Below, piece by piece: positions 36,727 through 48,199 of a DNA stretch of 64,000 nt. The DNA is from Sphaerodactylus townsendi (lineage: Eukaryota). A program made the position numbers and the translations under genes. Below the pieces are notes generated by a model, which did no database searches, was not told where the DNA came from, and worked only from the letters and a program-made list of their open reading frames with translations. Location: assembly GCF_021028975.2 (NCBI RefSeq), contig NC_059437.1:34968001-35032000 (forward strand). Direction: 5' to 3'. Position 1 is the first letter of the stretch. Each line of letters opens with the position of its first letter.

Positions 36727-38852
36727 ACCTAGGTTGTCTTGCTGTCCCTGGGACCCAGTAAGGATTTATTTTTGCAATTCACTTTTTTAAATTGCTGCTG
36801 TAACATGCCCTGAAAATGGGGTTGGCCTTCTCCCACCCAGATGATCTTATTTATATAGCCCTGACAGGGGTCAAGCAGGAGAAATAACCTTCACTAAGAT
36901 GGCTTCTGTGGATACAAACAGGGAGGAACCCTAAGGGGGGGGGGGCAGCTTTTCTATCCACAGCATTAATGGGAACTCTTACAATAATACTGTAAGAGAA
37001 GGGGGGGAAATAACTAGTTACTCTGTGCCATGAGTTACTAAATTCTGAATCAGACAGATTACTCCCCTCTCTCAACTACCGAGTGTGCCTTTAGATTAAA
37101 ATGTATGGGACCATCAAGGCTGTGTTCAGTGGTGAAATGAGACCACTCACAGATGAGGTTGTACTTTCTACTTACACAGACACAGTATGAGTCAGCTTTA
37201 AGAAGCACTGAGCACCTTGTGAGAGTTTGCATACTAATTACTTTCCATGCATCACATAGTTTTGAGGGCAGCTCAGCATCAGTTGTGGGGGAAGGAAAGA
37301 AGTCATGACCACTCCTACAGATCGGAGGAGGGGGAATTTGAATCAGTGGATGTCTGCTGCAAGACATATATCCTCCAACCTCAAGCCCCCCACATTTCAG
37401 GTTTGCTACAGCTGTGACTTTGCCACCTTCCCACTAAGAATCAGGAGGTAGAAAGGAAGGATAGTGCTCACTTCAGTCCTCATTAGTCATATACCCTGAG
37501 CTCTGAAGACAGCAAAGCTTCTACAAACATATGGTGGCCGATGTGCAGGTACAAAATATACCCCTACCTGAACTGCTCAGATTTTGAGATTGTTTGCTTC
37601 CCCCAAACCTCAGTACTTTAAGACGATCACATTATAGCACTGAAGAACAGAGGTTCCAACTAGAAGCTGCATCTGGCCCCCCATACAGTCACATTAAGAG
37701 CAAAGTTGGTGACTGTTTGCCAGACTGAAACTGGGCCATCCATAGACAATGTAGAATTTTCTGCATGTTCAGCTGCCTCTCACAGTACAGAGAAAAACAT
37801 TTGCTTGTAAAAAACATATTCACAGCAGCCTGACGCTCACTCACCTCCCAGCAGAGTGTTAAGAGCAACTGAACACCCTATTATTGATCCACTGAACATC
37901 AGTTGGAAAAACAGGGACAAGGGCCTGCATGCACCTTCAAAGCTGATAGTACCCCCAAAGAGGTCAAGTTTTAAATGGAGGCCGTATGCCATGAAACATG
38001 CTGCTCTGTAGCTCCTACATTATGTGATTTTGCATGGGCGTATTAACTGGGCTTATGTCAATCAGGCCTCAGCCCAATTAATGTTATCAAATACCATGAG
38101 ACTGACTGCTGTGCACTAAGCATCTTAGATGACTTAAATGTATTTGGATGAAAATATGTACTGCTATGCTTTTTTTTTTTTTGGCAGGGGGAGGGCTGGT
38201 ACTAAGGTTGCTCTATTTTCCACCAATTCCTCCCCTCAGGACATAGAACCCCCTCCAAATTTTTCTGGTACTTAGTACCAATGAGTGCAATCACAAACAC
38301 CTGCACAAAACCTTGCTGTTTTATACAGGAGTATAGACTTCTGTATAAAAGCAGTGTACTTGTAAATTAAGTGGTCAGGAGGATATTTATAATATGATTT
38401 TAATGTAATTATGAGCAAAGTGCTGCTTATGAAATAATATTGTCTCACTATGTTGATTTCTGCATCACCATTATAGTCTGAATTTCTAGAACTGATGTTT
38501 TAAAATTCCTTACAGCAACACTGAAATTTATGTCAATTTTGATCTGCAAGTTCAAACTCTAACTTAATTAGGGCCACTATTTGGAGAAGAGCGTAATGGA
38601 AGAACATTTCATGTCTGAGAATTAGATGATCAATCTTAATGACATGGGGCTTGTTCTCACCTGACTTCCATATGATTTAGGGTGCTTGTTAGAGACTTAT
38701 GTGCCAATGCAAAGCCCCATGGGAAAGTGCTCTTGTTCCAGATGGCATCACATAAAAATTAGGAATCAGTTACCCTTATGTTAGTGTGTATGTAATTTGT
38801 TTGTCACCAACAGGAATACTGAGCAGACCCTCCATCTCCCAAGAAGAAACAA

Positions 38853-38858
38853 TTTAAT
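38853..38858 (-). terminator. Candidate DRG1 polyadenylation signal ATTAAA
   Basis: tttaat on the plus strand, about 130 nt after the DRG1 stop. Confidence 0.5.
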
Positions 38859-38985
38859 CAGGTCTAAATGTAACACACCTAGACTGCACAGTACAGTTCA
38901 GGCGGAAGCACACTGTTGTACATAACACTTGACAATCAGCCTTCTTTCTGAAAGGTGGTCAAAGACAAATGGCTAGAAGGCTGTT

Positions 38986-39085
38986 TTATTTCTTCACAAT
39001 CTGGATGACATCTTCATCCTCCAGCGTATGATCTTTGCCAACTTTCTGTGGATTGTGTTTGACAGATGAGCCCCAAACAAGTGCG
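38986..39085 (-). CDS. DRG1: DRG1 exon 9 (last, TGS domain)
   Basis: [32 protein letters not shown]; the nine exons sum to 1104 nt = 367 aa. Confidence 0.97.
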
Positions 39086-39617
39086 CTGAAACAGAAGGTT
39101 GGCAAATTAATGAAACACATAACATTCAACATATAACATTCTGTTGTTTACACGGACAGACTTATTGCCCCTCATTCACTTATTAATCCATGAGCTAATT
39201 ATTAAAGTCTAGCTTTCCTTCACAATTTATAAGAAACTCCTATTGCTATCATCTCTCTTTTTTTTCTCCTTCCTACCCATGCTACTATTTTTCCTGTTTT
39301 TTTCCCTTCAACAAATATCTTGCAATGAACATCAAATTACTGCATAATACCACAGTAGTTCCAATACACTGCTTATCATGCAAAATGCATACTTTTATGA
39401 ACACATGTTAACAAAAAGCAGCATACAATAACTTATTCCAGAAAAAAATCTAAACAGGGTACAGACATGAGTGTATTAGTTTTCTTTCAAATACAGAACA
39501 GGAAAAACTGCTACCAACAAACCATTTAGGAGAGTTATAAAGCTTGCTTTGAGAATACCAACAGAAGATAAATCAGAGTATGCATTAGTGGAGAAGCAGT
39601 TTGTAAACTACACTTAC

Positions 39618-39740
39618 TATTTAAACTCTTTGATAAGGTTTTTGTGAATCTTCATGCAGAAATCCTCCACAGTGGTCCTGGAGTCTGGCAACACCACTGG
39701 AGATGTGTAATCTGGGAGCTGTCCTTTTGGCTTCGTGTAA
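39618..39740 (-). CDS. DRG1: DRG1 exon 8
   Basis: [40 protein letters not shown]|gtaagt. Confidence 0.97.
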
Positions 39741-40243
39741 CTGCTCATTCAAATTAAAACCAACAATGCACATCTTTTAATTCATTTTTAAGCAGGTAAC
39801 TTTCAGACACCATTTCCCTTTAACTGGGAGTTAAACTTCCTCTAAGGCCCAGTTTTTGCAAACAGCAGATAACAGTAAAGCTGTTTTTTCTTAACGACAT
39901 TACTTCAGGGAAGAAACCAGAGCAGAACCTCTCTCATTTTTAACTTCAGTCTCCAAGTACTATTTTACAACATTTCCTCCAGTTGTCCAGATGAAAAATT
40001 CAGGCATGTGCAAGATATCTGCTCCACTTTCTCACCCATCATAAAACAGATGAATGTGTATAATATTTTATTGCAAAGATCCTTTCAAGGAATAGCCTGC
40101 TGTGCTTTCAGACAGAGACCTATGAAAGCCAGAAGTGAAGGCCAAATATGAAGAACAAACTGAGCAGGACAACAGAATTATGCAGCAGTAGGAATAGGAG
40201 TCTCAGGCATTTGTAGCCCTGACCATGCAAAATGTAGACTCAC

Positions 40244-40411
40244 ATTCGCACAAGTTTCAGGTAGTCCCAGATTTTCTCCAACAGGTCATCAAAGTTCCAC
40301 CGGTGGTGAGCAGAGATTGGAACACAATGGGGCACCTTGTAAATGATATCCAGCTCCTCAATGGAGATCTGGTCGATTTTGTTCAACACATAAATGCAAG
40401 GAATGTAAACT
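40244..40411 (-). CDS. DRG1: DRG1 exon 7 (G4 NKID, G5 SAH)
   Basis: [21 protein letters not shown]...[25 protein letters not shown]|gtgagt. Confidence 0.97.
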
Positions 40412-40542
40412 CTGCAAGAGAAAGCAAATTTATAATATACAAAAGTGTAAAAACAAGCCATCCAGATTACTCATTACTCCAGAAAACTTCCATTCCTGGG
40501 GCAGCATGATAGCAAGCATTTTGGAATCAGTCCTTCTCATTA

Positions 40543-40850
40543 GATCATAGAATCACAGAGTTGGAAGGGGCCACACAGGCCATTGAATGCAAACCCCTGC
40601 TCAGGGTAGGATCAGCCTAAGCCATAGGTGTCCAACTCGTGGCCTTCCAGATGTTATGGACTACAGTTCCCATCATCCCCTGCCAGCATCATGATGGGAA
40701 CTGTAGTCCATAACATCTGGAGGGCTGTGAGTTTGACACCTATGGCCTAAGGCATCCCTGACATCCAGCTGCTGCTTGAAGAGTGGTTGAAGATATTTCC
40801 ACTGCTGAACTACTCTTACTATAATGACGTTTTCCCTAATATCCTTTATG
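40543..40850 (-). mobile_element. CR1 3' end fragment with a nested MITE
   Basis: atcatagaatcacagagttggaaggggcc is the reverse of the CR1 terminal (ATTCTRTG) repeat. Confidence 0.7.
40623..40744. mobile_element. Palindromic hAT-type MITE nested in CR1
   Basis: cataggtgtccaactc/gagtttgacacctatg; TSD gcctaagc/gcctaagg. Confidence 0.85.
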
Positions 40851-41378
40851 CCAGCCCCTCTCTGTGTCAGTAATACACCCACACTCAATAGCATGAAGCC
40901 AAACTGAACAAGGCACTTGTTTCAGCTGCAGAATGACCTTGGACAGAAGCCTGGATAAGGGAATAGATGCCTTCCCCACCCACATCCATGTTAGCCTTTT
41001 ATGCATAAGACCCATTTCTCTGGGGATAAACTTTTAAATTATTAAAAGGGCCAAAACCAAAAAGCTGCGGCTACTGGACTAATTTGGGAGAGATGGGCTG
41101 CCTGTCACATAACTCCTAATACTGAAATGTCTTGCTTCACTGAAGCACATTGGACAACAACAAAAAGAATCCACAATGCGATATACCCCCTTCATTTAAA
41201 AAAAGTCTGTTTAACATTGTGCAAGTGTTGATTTTCATATGCGTTACATACCCTACATTTTGGTTTCCTGGGAAAAATCAGGAGGCACTTATAGGTATGG
41301 GAGCTTGAGCATACAAACACTACAAGATCAACTAAGCCTGCTGATCCTAGTCCAATTTGTAGATTCTCTTTGCTTTAC

Positions 41379-41509
41379 CTGTTTCCTTCAACCACATCAA
41401 TGAGGTCATCGGCAGTTACATCACTGCGCAAGGTGACATCTGCATTGTGAATTTTATACTCTGCTAAGATGCTCTTCACTGTTTCGGTGTCCAACTCACT
41501 CTGTGGGCA
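41379..41509 (-). CDS. DRG1: DRG1 exon 6
   Basis: [44 protein letters not shown]|gtaaag. Confidence 0.97.
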
Positions 41510-42491
41510 CTGATGGGAAGAACATAAACAGCACTTTAGATAATCAAGTAATGGGAGAACACTTCTTGCCCCAAGAATTAATTTACCCTTCATGACAGAC
41601 AGGAGGCTTGGTATCTTTTGTAGTTGTGTGGAATAGGTCACGTAGCAGTGTAAGTGCCTGCTGTGTGATGCTATCCCACCTGTCAGTCTAGGCACCACAG
41701 GGCTTAGGACTTGCAGAAAGGTAGGGAAAATTTAAGCATCAGGACAGCCCCCATTCTGTTCTGTGGACACAAACCCACATTGTGGAATCCCAACTCTCCT
41801 CTTGGCAACCCTCTCAGAGGAAGGCACATCTCTGCATGGCTATTCTGGCCTCCATTGGATGGCTTGCCACTTGCAGCTTATCTAGCCTCCCTTTTCAAGA
41901 GGGAGAATTCTCATTCGTAACCCTACCCAAAGAAACACTTCTGATTTTTCTGTTGGTGTCTGCATCAGGGACAGTGTCCACTTTTAACAGATCACAGTTC
42001 TCCACTTCCCCAAAGCCTTTCAGTAATTACCAGTGGCATACCGCCCACGGGGACAGGTGGGGTCAAATCCTCCCCCACTCCCCTGCGTTGACCTGGCTCA
42101 GAAGAGCTGTCAACGTGGGGGAGGCACCTGAAGACAGAGCAGGCCTGCTGCCACGGTGCCCATCCGAGCACCTCATTTCCTTCCCAGGCCCTCAGGGGTG
42201 CTGCTGGCCTGCTGCTGCTGCAGTGCACATCTGAGCTGCCCAAGCCCTGCCTCCAAGCCCTGGGCACCATTTTCCCCCGATACGCCCTGCTAAGTACCAT
42301 ACTGTTTCCTCAAATCATATGATACAGAAAACATCTGTTTCGTTAGGATTACTATTGGGGAGTTCTATCACAACAGCCAAAGCAGGTTTAACAAAATGCT
42401 TCAAGACTCACTGTCACAATGGTATTTTATTGAAACAGAGCTCTCTCCATGCCTTCTGAAAATTATATAGATTGTATATAGCTATGCTTAC

Positions 42492-42661
42492 AGTGGCTGT
42501 GAGGTTGATTCCTCCTTTATCCTTTTTCTTGAAGCCGATATTGGGAGGTTGGCTATTCAACCGTATTCCGAAGCCCTCCAACTCATTCTCAATGATCTTC
42601 TTATGTCCCAAAGGCTTCAGAACATCCAGAACTATCAGAATAAGGTTGCAGGTTCGAGCAA
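42492..42661 (-). CDS. DRG1: DRG1 exon 5
   Basis: [36 protein letters not shown]...GGINLTAT|gtaagc. Confidence 0.97.
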
Positions 42662-43431
42662 CTGTGGAGAAAGAAAGAGATCTGAAAAGATGTTTTTTCA
42701 ATCTCTTCAAAAATGGAGAGTTTAAATACTGTGTGCCATTTTCTACTGCAGGGCAAATGAAAAACCTATCCTGATTTTGCAATCTCCTATTCCATGCAAG
42801 ACTACAAATCCCATTCTGAGTGGTGACATGCATAATGTGGCAGAGGGCTGGGACATGTGTATAGTTTGTACTGTCTGTTGCTGTTCGTAGACTCCTGCTA
42901 TGCAATTTTTGCTTTCATTTAATGTGACATGTTAATGCTAATGCTGTGATTCACCTCTGGCTGGTTTTCCAGATCTCTATGGCATTGTCTTTTGGATGTC
43001 TTGATTATACTGATTTATACCATCTAATCCACCTTGAGTCCCAGTGAGAAAGGCAGATTATAAATAACTAAAATAAATAAATTCAGATACAAAAAAAAGA
43101 AGTAGGAAAAAAGCTGCCCTGCTGTTTTTCATTTATTTAGAATATTTTTAGCCCACCCTCCTGCTCAGACTGACTTACATGGTTCCCCTCTGCCATTTTA
43201 TCCTCACAAGAACTTTGAGTTGGGCCAAGCATTAACTCTCAGCTGAACAAAGATTTAAACCTAACTCTCCCCAAGTCTAGGACAAATGCATACCAAATCA
43301 CAAATGTTACCAATGACCAAGAAGGCCATATAACCCATGCAAATCCCACATGCAAAATCATCCACCCTCCTATTAGCATAAAAACACTGGGAAACTGGTA
43401 GAAATTCCTTTCCCCAGGCTGCAAGGCTCAC

Positions 43432-43501
43432 CTGCAATGACCTGGCGACCTCTGCCCTTCCCATCTTTGGCACCCTCAATAATTCCTGGAAGGTCAAGAA
43501 G
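43432..43501 (-). CDS. DRG1: DRG1 exon 4 (G3 DLPG)
   Basis: [23 protein letters not shown]|gtgagc. Confidence 0.97.
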
Positions 43502-43784
43502 CTGTAGGCAGGAGGAAGAAAGTTCATTAGGCAAAATTGAGAAGTCAGACTTTAGCCATAGAGAAATCATATGATTTCCTGTCATATGAACACAGAGTCA
43601 GACCTTTGGTCAACTGAACCCAATGCTATTCTGATAGTGGCTTTCTAAGGTCTATTTTGGCCTTTCTCCTCAAGATCACTTTTACTTTCCTTTATTCTGA
43701 AGAATGCTTTTCAGTCGGTAACAAACCAAGTAACAAATGAGGCATAAACATGGTCAGAACTATCCTGAATCCATTTATTGTATA

Positions 43785-44829
43785 CTAGCAGTAAAGCCCT
43801 TTTGATGGTGAAATAAAATGAGCTCTAGACAAGGGGGAGGGGGAAATCCATGGTTAATGAATGAACATTTTCCTTGCCCCGCCCTGCAACCTTTAAAGGG
43901 ATTGCTCCTCCCCCTCCTCCAACTGGGCTTCATTGACCCCACAGTGCTGGCATCCCCAACAGAGTTGCCAAACTTCTGGTGATGCTTGGAGATCTCCCAC
44001 TATGACAACTCTGAGCTGGCAACCCTAGATTTTGGAGACCCAGATGCAAATTCTAACTGTACCATGGAAGCACGCTCGGTGGCTTTGGTCAGACACACCC
44101 TCTCAAACTTACCCACTTCATAGGGTTGTTGTGAAGAAAAAATGGAGAAGAGGAAAATTATTTATGCTGCTTTGGGTTCCCAGTGGGAGAAAAGGCATGG
44201 AAGAGGGCTGGAGAGAAAGGTAGGAACACTGTAAATGGGGAGAAAGGGAGGGGATGGGGGAGAAAAAAATGTTATGGATGGGGGGATGGATGATGGAAAG
44301 GGAGAGGTGAGAAAGGTAGGAATGTTTTCAATGAGGAGAAAGGGAGGGGCTGGGGGAAGGTAAAAACGTGGATGGGGGATGGATCGTGGAAGAGGACTGG
44401 GAAGAAAGGTAGGAACGTTGTCAATGGAGAGAAGTGAAGGGGGGAGCAGGCAGCTGGGGGAAAGATTAGATGGGTGGGAGACTTGGTGAGAGAGCAACTT
44501 GGCACCAATTCTCTGCCATACCTGAGCTGGTTTTTTGGGTGGAGTGAGGGTGACTGGGAGAATGGGAAACCAGGTGAGAGGCCTGGCAGGAGGGCAGCTT
44601 GGCACTTCTTTGCCATGCCCAGGTTGGTTTTGGGGATGGGGGGAAACTGGCTGGGAAATGAGGAGGTGGTTGGGAGGTCTGGCAGGAGGGCAGCTTGGTG
44701 GCACTCCTCCATGAGACCCTTTTGAGTACAACAGCAAACCCTCAACCAATGGGTGTGCAGGTGAGTGTCCTGTGCACCCATTGGTTGAGAGTTCCTCATT
44801 GTGACAGCAGCGAATTATATAGGTGAAGA
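43785..44829 (-). mobile_element. Probable non-autonomous Helitron in DRG1 intron 3
   Basis: Minus strand reads A|TC(ttcacctatataa)...CTAG|T; no TSD; degenerate hairpin before CTAG; low-complexity interior. Confidence 0.6.
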
Positions 44830-45111
44830 TTACATCTCTTAAGGCAACAACGACAAAACCACTTAACTATGGAAAAAAGAAAATTCCTTAAAGCAATATG
44901 AATAAGATCAGCTATTGATATTTCAGTCACTGACATGAATCCAGGCCTCATTCTTATTTGAGCCAACAGAGGCTTCCACCCCCAGACCACAGGGCCACTC
45001 AAAAGTATTTGGCTAATCCCAAGGAACCCATAACATGCGTCTCAGTATTTGTTCTTGAACAGCAGACGGCATCCTCAAACACACCCTTCAGCTCTGCTCC
45101 AGAGTTCTCAC

Positions 45112-45287
45112 CTGTATTTTTGCTCCTTTGTATCTAATTACTCCAGGCACAGTTGTCAAAGTTGTGAACTCATAGGCTGCCACTTCTGAGTATACTCCAG
45201 CAAGATTGCTCAGCAAAGTAGATTTGCCCACTGAAGGGAAGCCAACAAATCCTATGCGAGCATCCCCAGTCTTTGCAACATCAAATC
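45112..45287 (-). CDS. DRG1: DRG1 exon 3 (P-loop GFPSVGKS, G2 YEFTTL)
   Basis: [58 protein letters not shown]|gtgaga. Confidence 0.98.
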
Positions 45288-46239
45288 CTTCAACAGAGCG
45301 ATTATTTAACTGTCAGACCACAATAAAGGTGAACAACTTTCTCATCAACAAGAGGTCAGAATACATTTAGGGATCTAAAGGCCCTGACCTTATTTCACAA
45401 AGCAAGGTTACAAACATCATGTTTAGAGGGAAACAATAGTGACAAAGTTCAAACAGGAATGCATGTTTCTTAAATACATATTATAACTATGTCCTCACTA
45501 ACTGAGAGAAATGCTGCCTCCAGAAGCTTTTTACTCTTAAAATTTCTGGACATGAGCTGCACTTAAGCATACCAGGGAAACTCTTTTGCTAAGTTCCATG
45601 TTAAAGTACCTTTCTGTAAAAGTTCTCTTTAAATACTATACAGAATTTCAATTAAAAGGATGCTCAATATTTAAGTGCTGAAACAAGATCGACCAATTTA
45701 AGAATAAGGTAATAAGAATGCAAAATAAATGGTTCCTTATTTTATTCACATCCCATCTTTCTATCCAATGGGCACCCAAGGAGGCTTACAATATTCTCCG
45801 CTCCTCTATTCTATCCTCACAACAACCCTGTGAGGTAGGTGCGGCTCAATGTGTTTGACCAGCCCCAGGTCACCCTGCATGACACAGTGGGGATTAACAC
45901 ATGGGTCTTCCAAACCCTAGAGCAGCATTCTCATTACTACACCACGCTGGCTCAATAGGATATCCAGTATAATATGCTTCTTTCAGGATGATGGGATAGG
46001 TTTTGCTTGCTTGGTATTTGTTCTTTTTGTCATGTTGTCTACATAACTTATAGGCCTTTAGACAAACAAAATTATGTTTAAATAAATTATACACATATAG
46101 GGCTGTATTTGGTACCACTTATTTCAATTCTATTAATCTCTAGTGCAGACTACTTAGTCTATGCACCACCCACCAAAGCCAAATTATACATTTAGGGTTG
46201 AATCACTATCATCTCCATCATGCCACAGGAAACACATAC

Positions 46240-46363
46240 CTTCCCCTGGACCACCCCCTCCACCTCCTTTTGGGGTGATGAGCTCTCGACGCAGCTTGGC
46301 CAGGCGAGCCTTCAGTAGCCCTAGATGATGAGCTGTGGCCTTGTTCTTCTGTGTGCGGGCCAT
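46240..46363 (-). CDS. DRG1: DRG1 exon 2
   Basis: [41 protein letters not shown]|gtatgt. Confidence 0.98.
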
Positions 46364-46751
46364 CTGTACAACAATGTAAGAATATGCAGACATTTAAAGG
46401 CTTGTGAGGAAACTTGGGGCACAAACCTAAGGTTACAAACATGACTTCATAAGGAAGAGGTGCGTGCCTTGTCCTATGATTTTTCACATCTTTATAGAAA
46501 GGCATTCATATTATTTTCATGGTAGGAAAGTGAATCATTGGAGTTTTACCTATGTCACCCAGAAAGTTCTGGAAAGCAGTATCTGGCCCCAAGGGAATGA
46601 TAGTTTTCACTCTCAGCAAATCAGGGAGAGCACTGAGACCCATTTCCTGGATTAGCAGATATAAGTGGCTTAGCAACAGAATCTATTTGGAGTACCATAC
46701 CTATGCTACCACCAAAAAAAGAAACATTTGCAGTTTTTTCATTGCTTCTTG

Positions 46752-46892
46752 GGCCCCTTCCGCACACGCAAAATAACGCGTTTTCAAACCACTTTCATAA
46801 CTGTTTGCAAGTGGATTTTGCCATTCCACACAGCTTCAAAGAGCATTGAAAGCAGTTTGAAAGTGCATGATTCTGCATGTGCGGAATGAGCC
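46752..46892. mobile_element. PIF/Harbinger-type MITE
   Basis: TIRs ggccccttccgcaca/tgtgcggaatgagcc; 3-bp TSD ttg. Confidence 0.8.
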
Positions 46893-47527
46893 TTGGTAAT
46901 TGCATACATATTTAGAATGGGGGAGGGGAGATTTCAAGTCAGATAGCAACTGCATCCATACAGTCCCCACACCATCCGTTTTTTAAAAACCAAAACCATA
47001 TAATGTGAAACTTCCTCTCTCCCAGATTTGTCCAAAGGTCTTTCTGGTTCAGGATTTTGCATTCAGCATCCAGCCAGGAGCCTCTGGGAAACTTACAAGC
47101 AGAACAGGATGGCCCAACCCTCCACCACTGTGGGCCCCATCGCATCTAGTTCTCAAAGGTCCTGAAGATACAAATGCCATTCAGTCATCAAATGATAGCT
47201 ACTAAAGACGCGGCCATTCATGTATTGAATCTTTCTCTACAGCTTTCTAAGGTCCTATCCGTCACCATATCTTTGCTGCAAGTGCTTTCTTTCAACTGCG
47301 TTGAAACCCCTGCAAGTCAGCTTCATTGGAGACCCTTGATACCATCCGAATTTTGTCAGGCTCTTTTGAACATCCAGCTTCCAACCAGAAGCCCGCAATT
47401 AAGAAAGGAGCATAAAGGTGTCGGCCTTCGCCCGCTTCCAGTGGTAGACTACCACTATTCATGGAGGCCCCCTCCCCTCTCATAGAAAGGCTGCTTTTCG
47501 GCTGTTGCCGTTTTGCTCGTCAGTTAC

Positions 47528-47569
47528 CTCAGCCTCTATTTCGGCGATCTTAGCTAATGTCGTACTCAT
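47528..47569 (-). CDS. DRG1: DRG1 exon 1 coding part
   Basis: caccATG MSTTLAKIAEIEAE|gtaact. Confidence 0.96.
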
Positions 47570-47880
47570 GGTGATAACGGTGGTGGTCCCAGCGGCGACA
47601 GCGACAGCTCCCGGCTCGTTTTCTTCAGCGCTGTACCTGCGCAGGCGCAGAACTCAGTTCTCGCGAGACCTCCAACCAAAGGGGCGCAAGGGCTAAACGA
47701 GAACTGACTCGACCTTCTTCACGCACTTCTCTATGATCCTCCAATGGCTCCGGAAGGGCGGGGCAACGTAGAGTGAGGAGGCTATAGAGCGGGACATCTA
47801 CGGCTGAAGTAGCCAGAACAATATCTGAACCGCTCCTGCGAAGTACGGAGTATTGGTCATCATTTTGTCGCCCTTGGCTC
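47570..47880 (-). promoter_or_regulatory. DRG1 CpG promoter: NRF1-like TGCGCAGGCGCA 47638-47649, TCTCGCGAGA 47659-47668, CCAAT 47741, ETS CCGGAAG 47750, GC box 47756
   Basis: Motifs read directly upstream of the DRG1 ATG in a CpG-rich patch. Confidence 0.8.
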
Positions 47881-48052
47881 TGCCCAAAGGTTTAATATGA
47901 AAACTACATTAAAAAAGGGAGTGCTTCTGAACATGTGTAGAGTCCCCTCTCCTTTTTAGTTTAGAATGGGAAAGAGTACGCAGTTACAAAGTTACAAGGG
48001 TCAGATATAAGACTCGGGTTTTTCCCTCATGGGATGACATTTGTCAGCCTTG

Positions 48053-48199
48053 GGCCCCTTCTGCACAGGCAGAATAATGCACTTTCAATCTACTTTCAAT
48101 GCACTTTGAAGCTGGATTTTACTTTGTGGAACAGCAAAATTCACTTTCAAACAATTGTGAAAGTGGATTGAAAGTGCATTACTCTGTGAGGAAGGGGTG
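48053..48199. mobile_element. PIF/Harbinger-type MITE, related copy with interior in opposite orientation
   Basis: ggccccttctgcaca start after ttg; aaacaattgtgaaagtggattgaaa is the reverse of the 46752 interior. Confidence 0.7.

Noticed and set aside
44162-44799. 195-aa and 175-aa Pro/Ser/Phe-rich ORFs
   Set aside because: They come from the pyrimidine-rich strand of the low-complexity Helitron-like interior.
11914-47569. Intronic snoRNAs/miRNAs or U12-type introns in EIF4ENIF1 and DRG1
   Set aside because: All placed introns are GT-AG without the GTATCCT signature, and I saw no convincing box C/D pair. H/ACA RNAs cannot be excluded by eye; an Infernal/Rfam scan would settle it.
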